From NCBI RefSeq assembly GCF_963921235.1, contig NC_086108.1:58840001-58904000 (forward strand): a DNA stretch of 64,000 nucleotides, in the 5' to 3' direction. Source of the DNA: Mobula hypostoma. Lineage: Eukaryota. Of the stretch, positions 63,301 through 64,000 are shown in pieces. Made by a program: the position numbers and the translations under genes. The stretch's first letter is position 1. Every line of letters begins with the position of its first letter. Below the pieces are notes generated by a model, which made no database searches, had not been told where the DNA came from, and saw nothing but the letters and a program-made list of their open reading frames with translations.

Positions 63301-63839
63301 CAACCACTTTTATTTTGCTCCTTGGGGAGAAGTCACACAGCCACAATATACCTTAGTGTTGGAATCCCACCGAACTGATGCCAAGATTGCTGTTGAAACT
63401 GATCAGTTTAGTTCACCATTGAACAGACAATATGGATAGCTCTTTGCAGAATCTCCATGCACAATTACCAGGACGAGGTGTACTGGAAATCTTAGTGAAA
63501 GAAATATATGAAATATAGATCTGGCAGAACAAAAATACTGAAATGGAATGAGTAATCCTGACAGGAATGAGCTATGAAGTTTCATCATCTTTCTCAGTCC
63601 AAAAACCTTGAGTCCTATTTTCATTTTCCAAATTCACCTTACCTTGGTTTCTAAGTTGGAATCATTTTTACTTCACACAAAATTATAGATCATCTGCTGT
63701 TCATACAGGCATTACGATAATGTTACAATAAATGAAGAAATACATAATGATGAAATAACCACTTTGGGTAGATATCGCTCAGATGATTGCATTGAAAATT
63801 GGCATCTCAGAAGGTGATGAAATGATTCTAGCCGAGGTA

Positions 63840-64000
63840 ATTACCTGAAGTGGGCTGCTGGAGTAGTGGTGGAAGCAGATACTAAAGTGGCCTTCAGAAA
63901 GAGGAAGTTGGGAGTGCACGCACCAGTCCATCCACTTTGAGGTACCAGTGCTGAAAAGAGTGAGTAGTTTTAAATTTCTAGGGTGTCAATGTCTCTGAAG
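63840..64000 (+). mobile_element. Rex1/Babar-type LINE fragment running off the window
   Basis: FRKRKLGVHAPV...KRVSSFKFLG..VSE. Confidence 0.65.

Overview
Eukaryotic, TE-dense genomic DNA with no intact host protein-coding gene. The repeat mix (CR1, Rex1/Babar-type LINEs with short tandem tails, Penelope remnants carrying minimal hammerheads, V-SINE-like elements) suggests a cartilaginous fish such as a ray or shark; this is inference only. Main contents: (1) a decayed Gypsy element (~8.0-10.95 kb) whose RT/RNaseH/integrase core is replaced by an intronless RBM25 fragment, with a solo LTR inserted in its gag; (2) a two-LTR sushi/Tf1-type chromovirus derivative (14426-16948) whose PBS is complementary to its own LTR, i.e. 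self-priming; (3) a Tc1 transposon (49463-55490) enclosing a near-complete decayed I-group (Nimb-like) LINE with RNase H; (4) a Hero/R2-like fragment, RTE-derived short elements with HDV-ribozyme-like folds, a hAT-like MITE, and many nested CR1/Rex fragments; (5) a TE-poor tail (~55.5-63.8 kb) that may be the 3' end of a minus-strand gene and contains a ~185-bp tandem duplication. Family assignments come from motif recognition, not database searches; most boundaries of old fragments are approximate.
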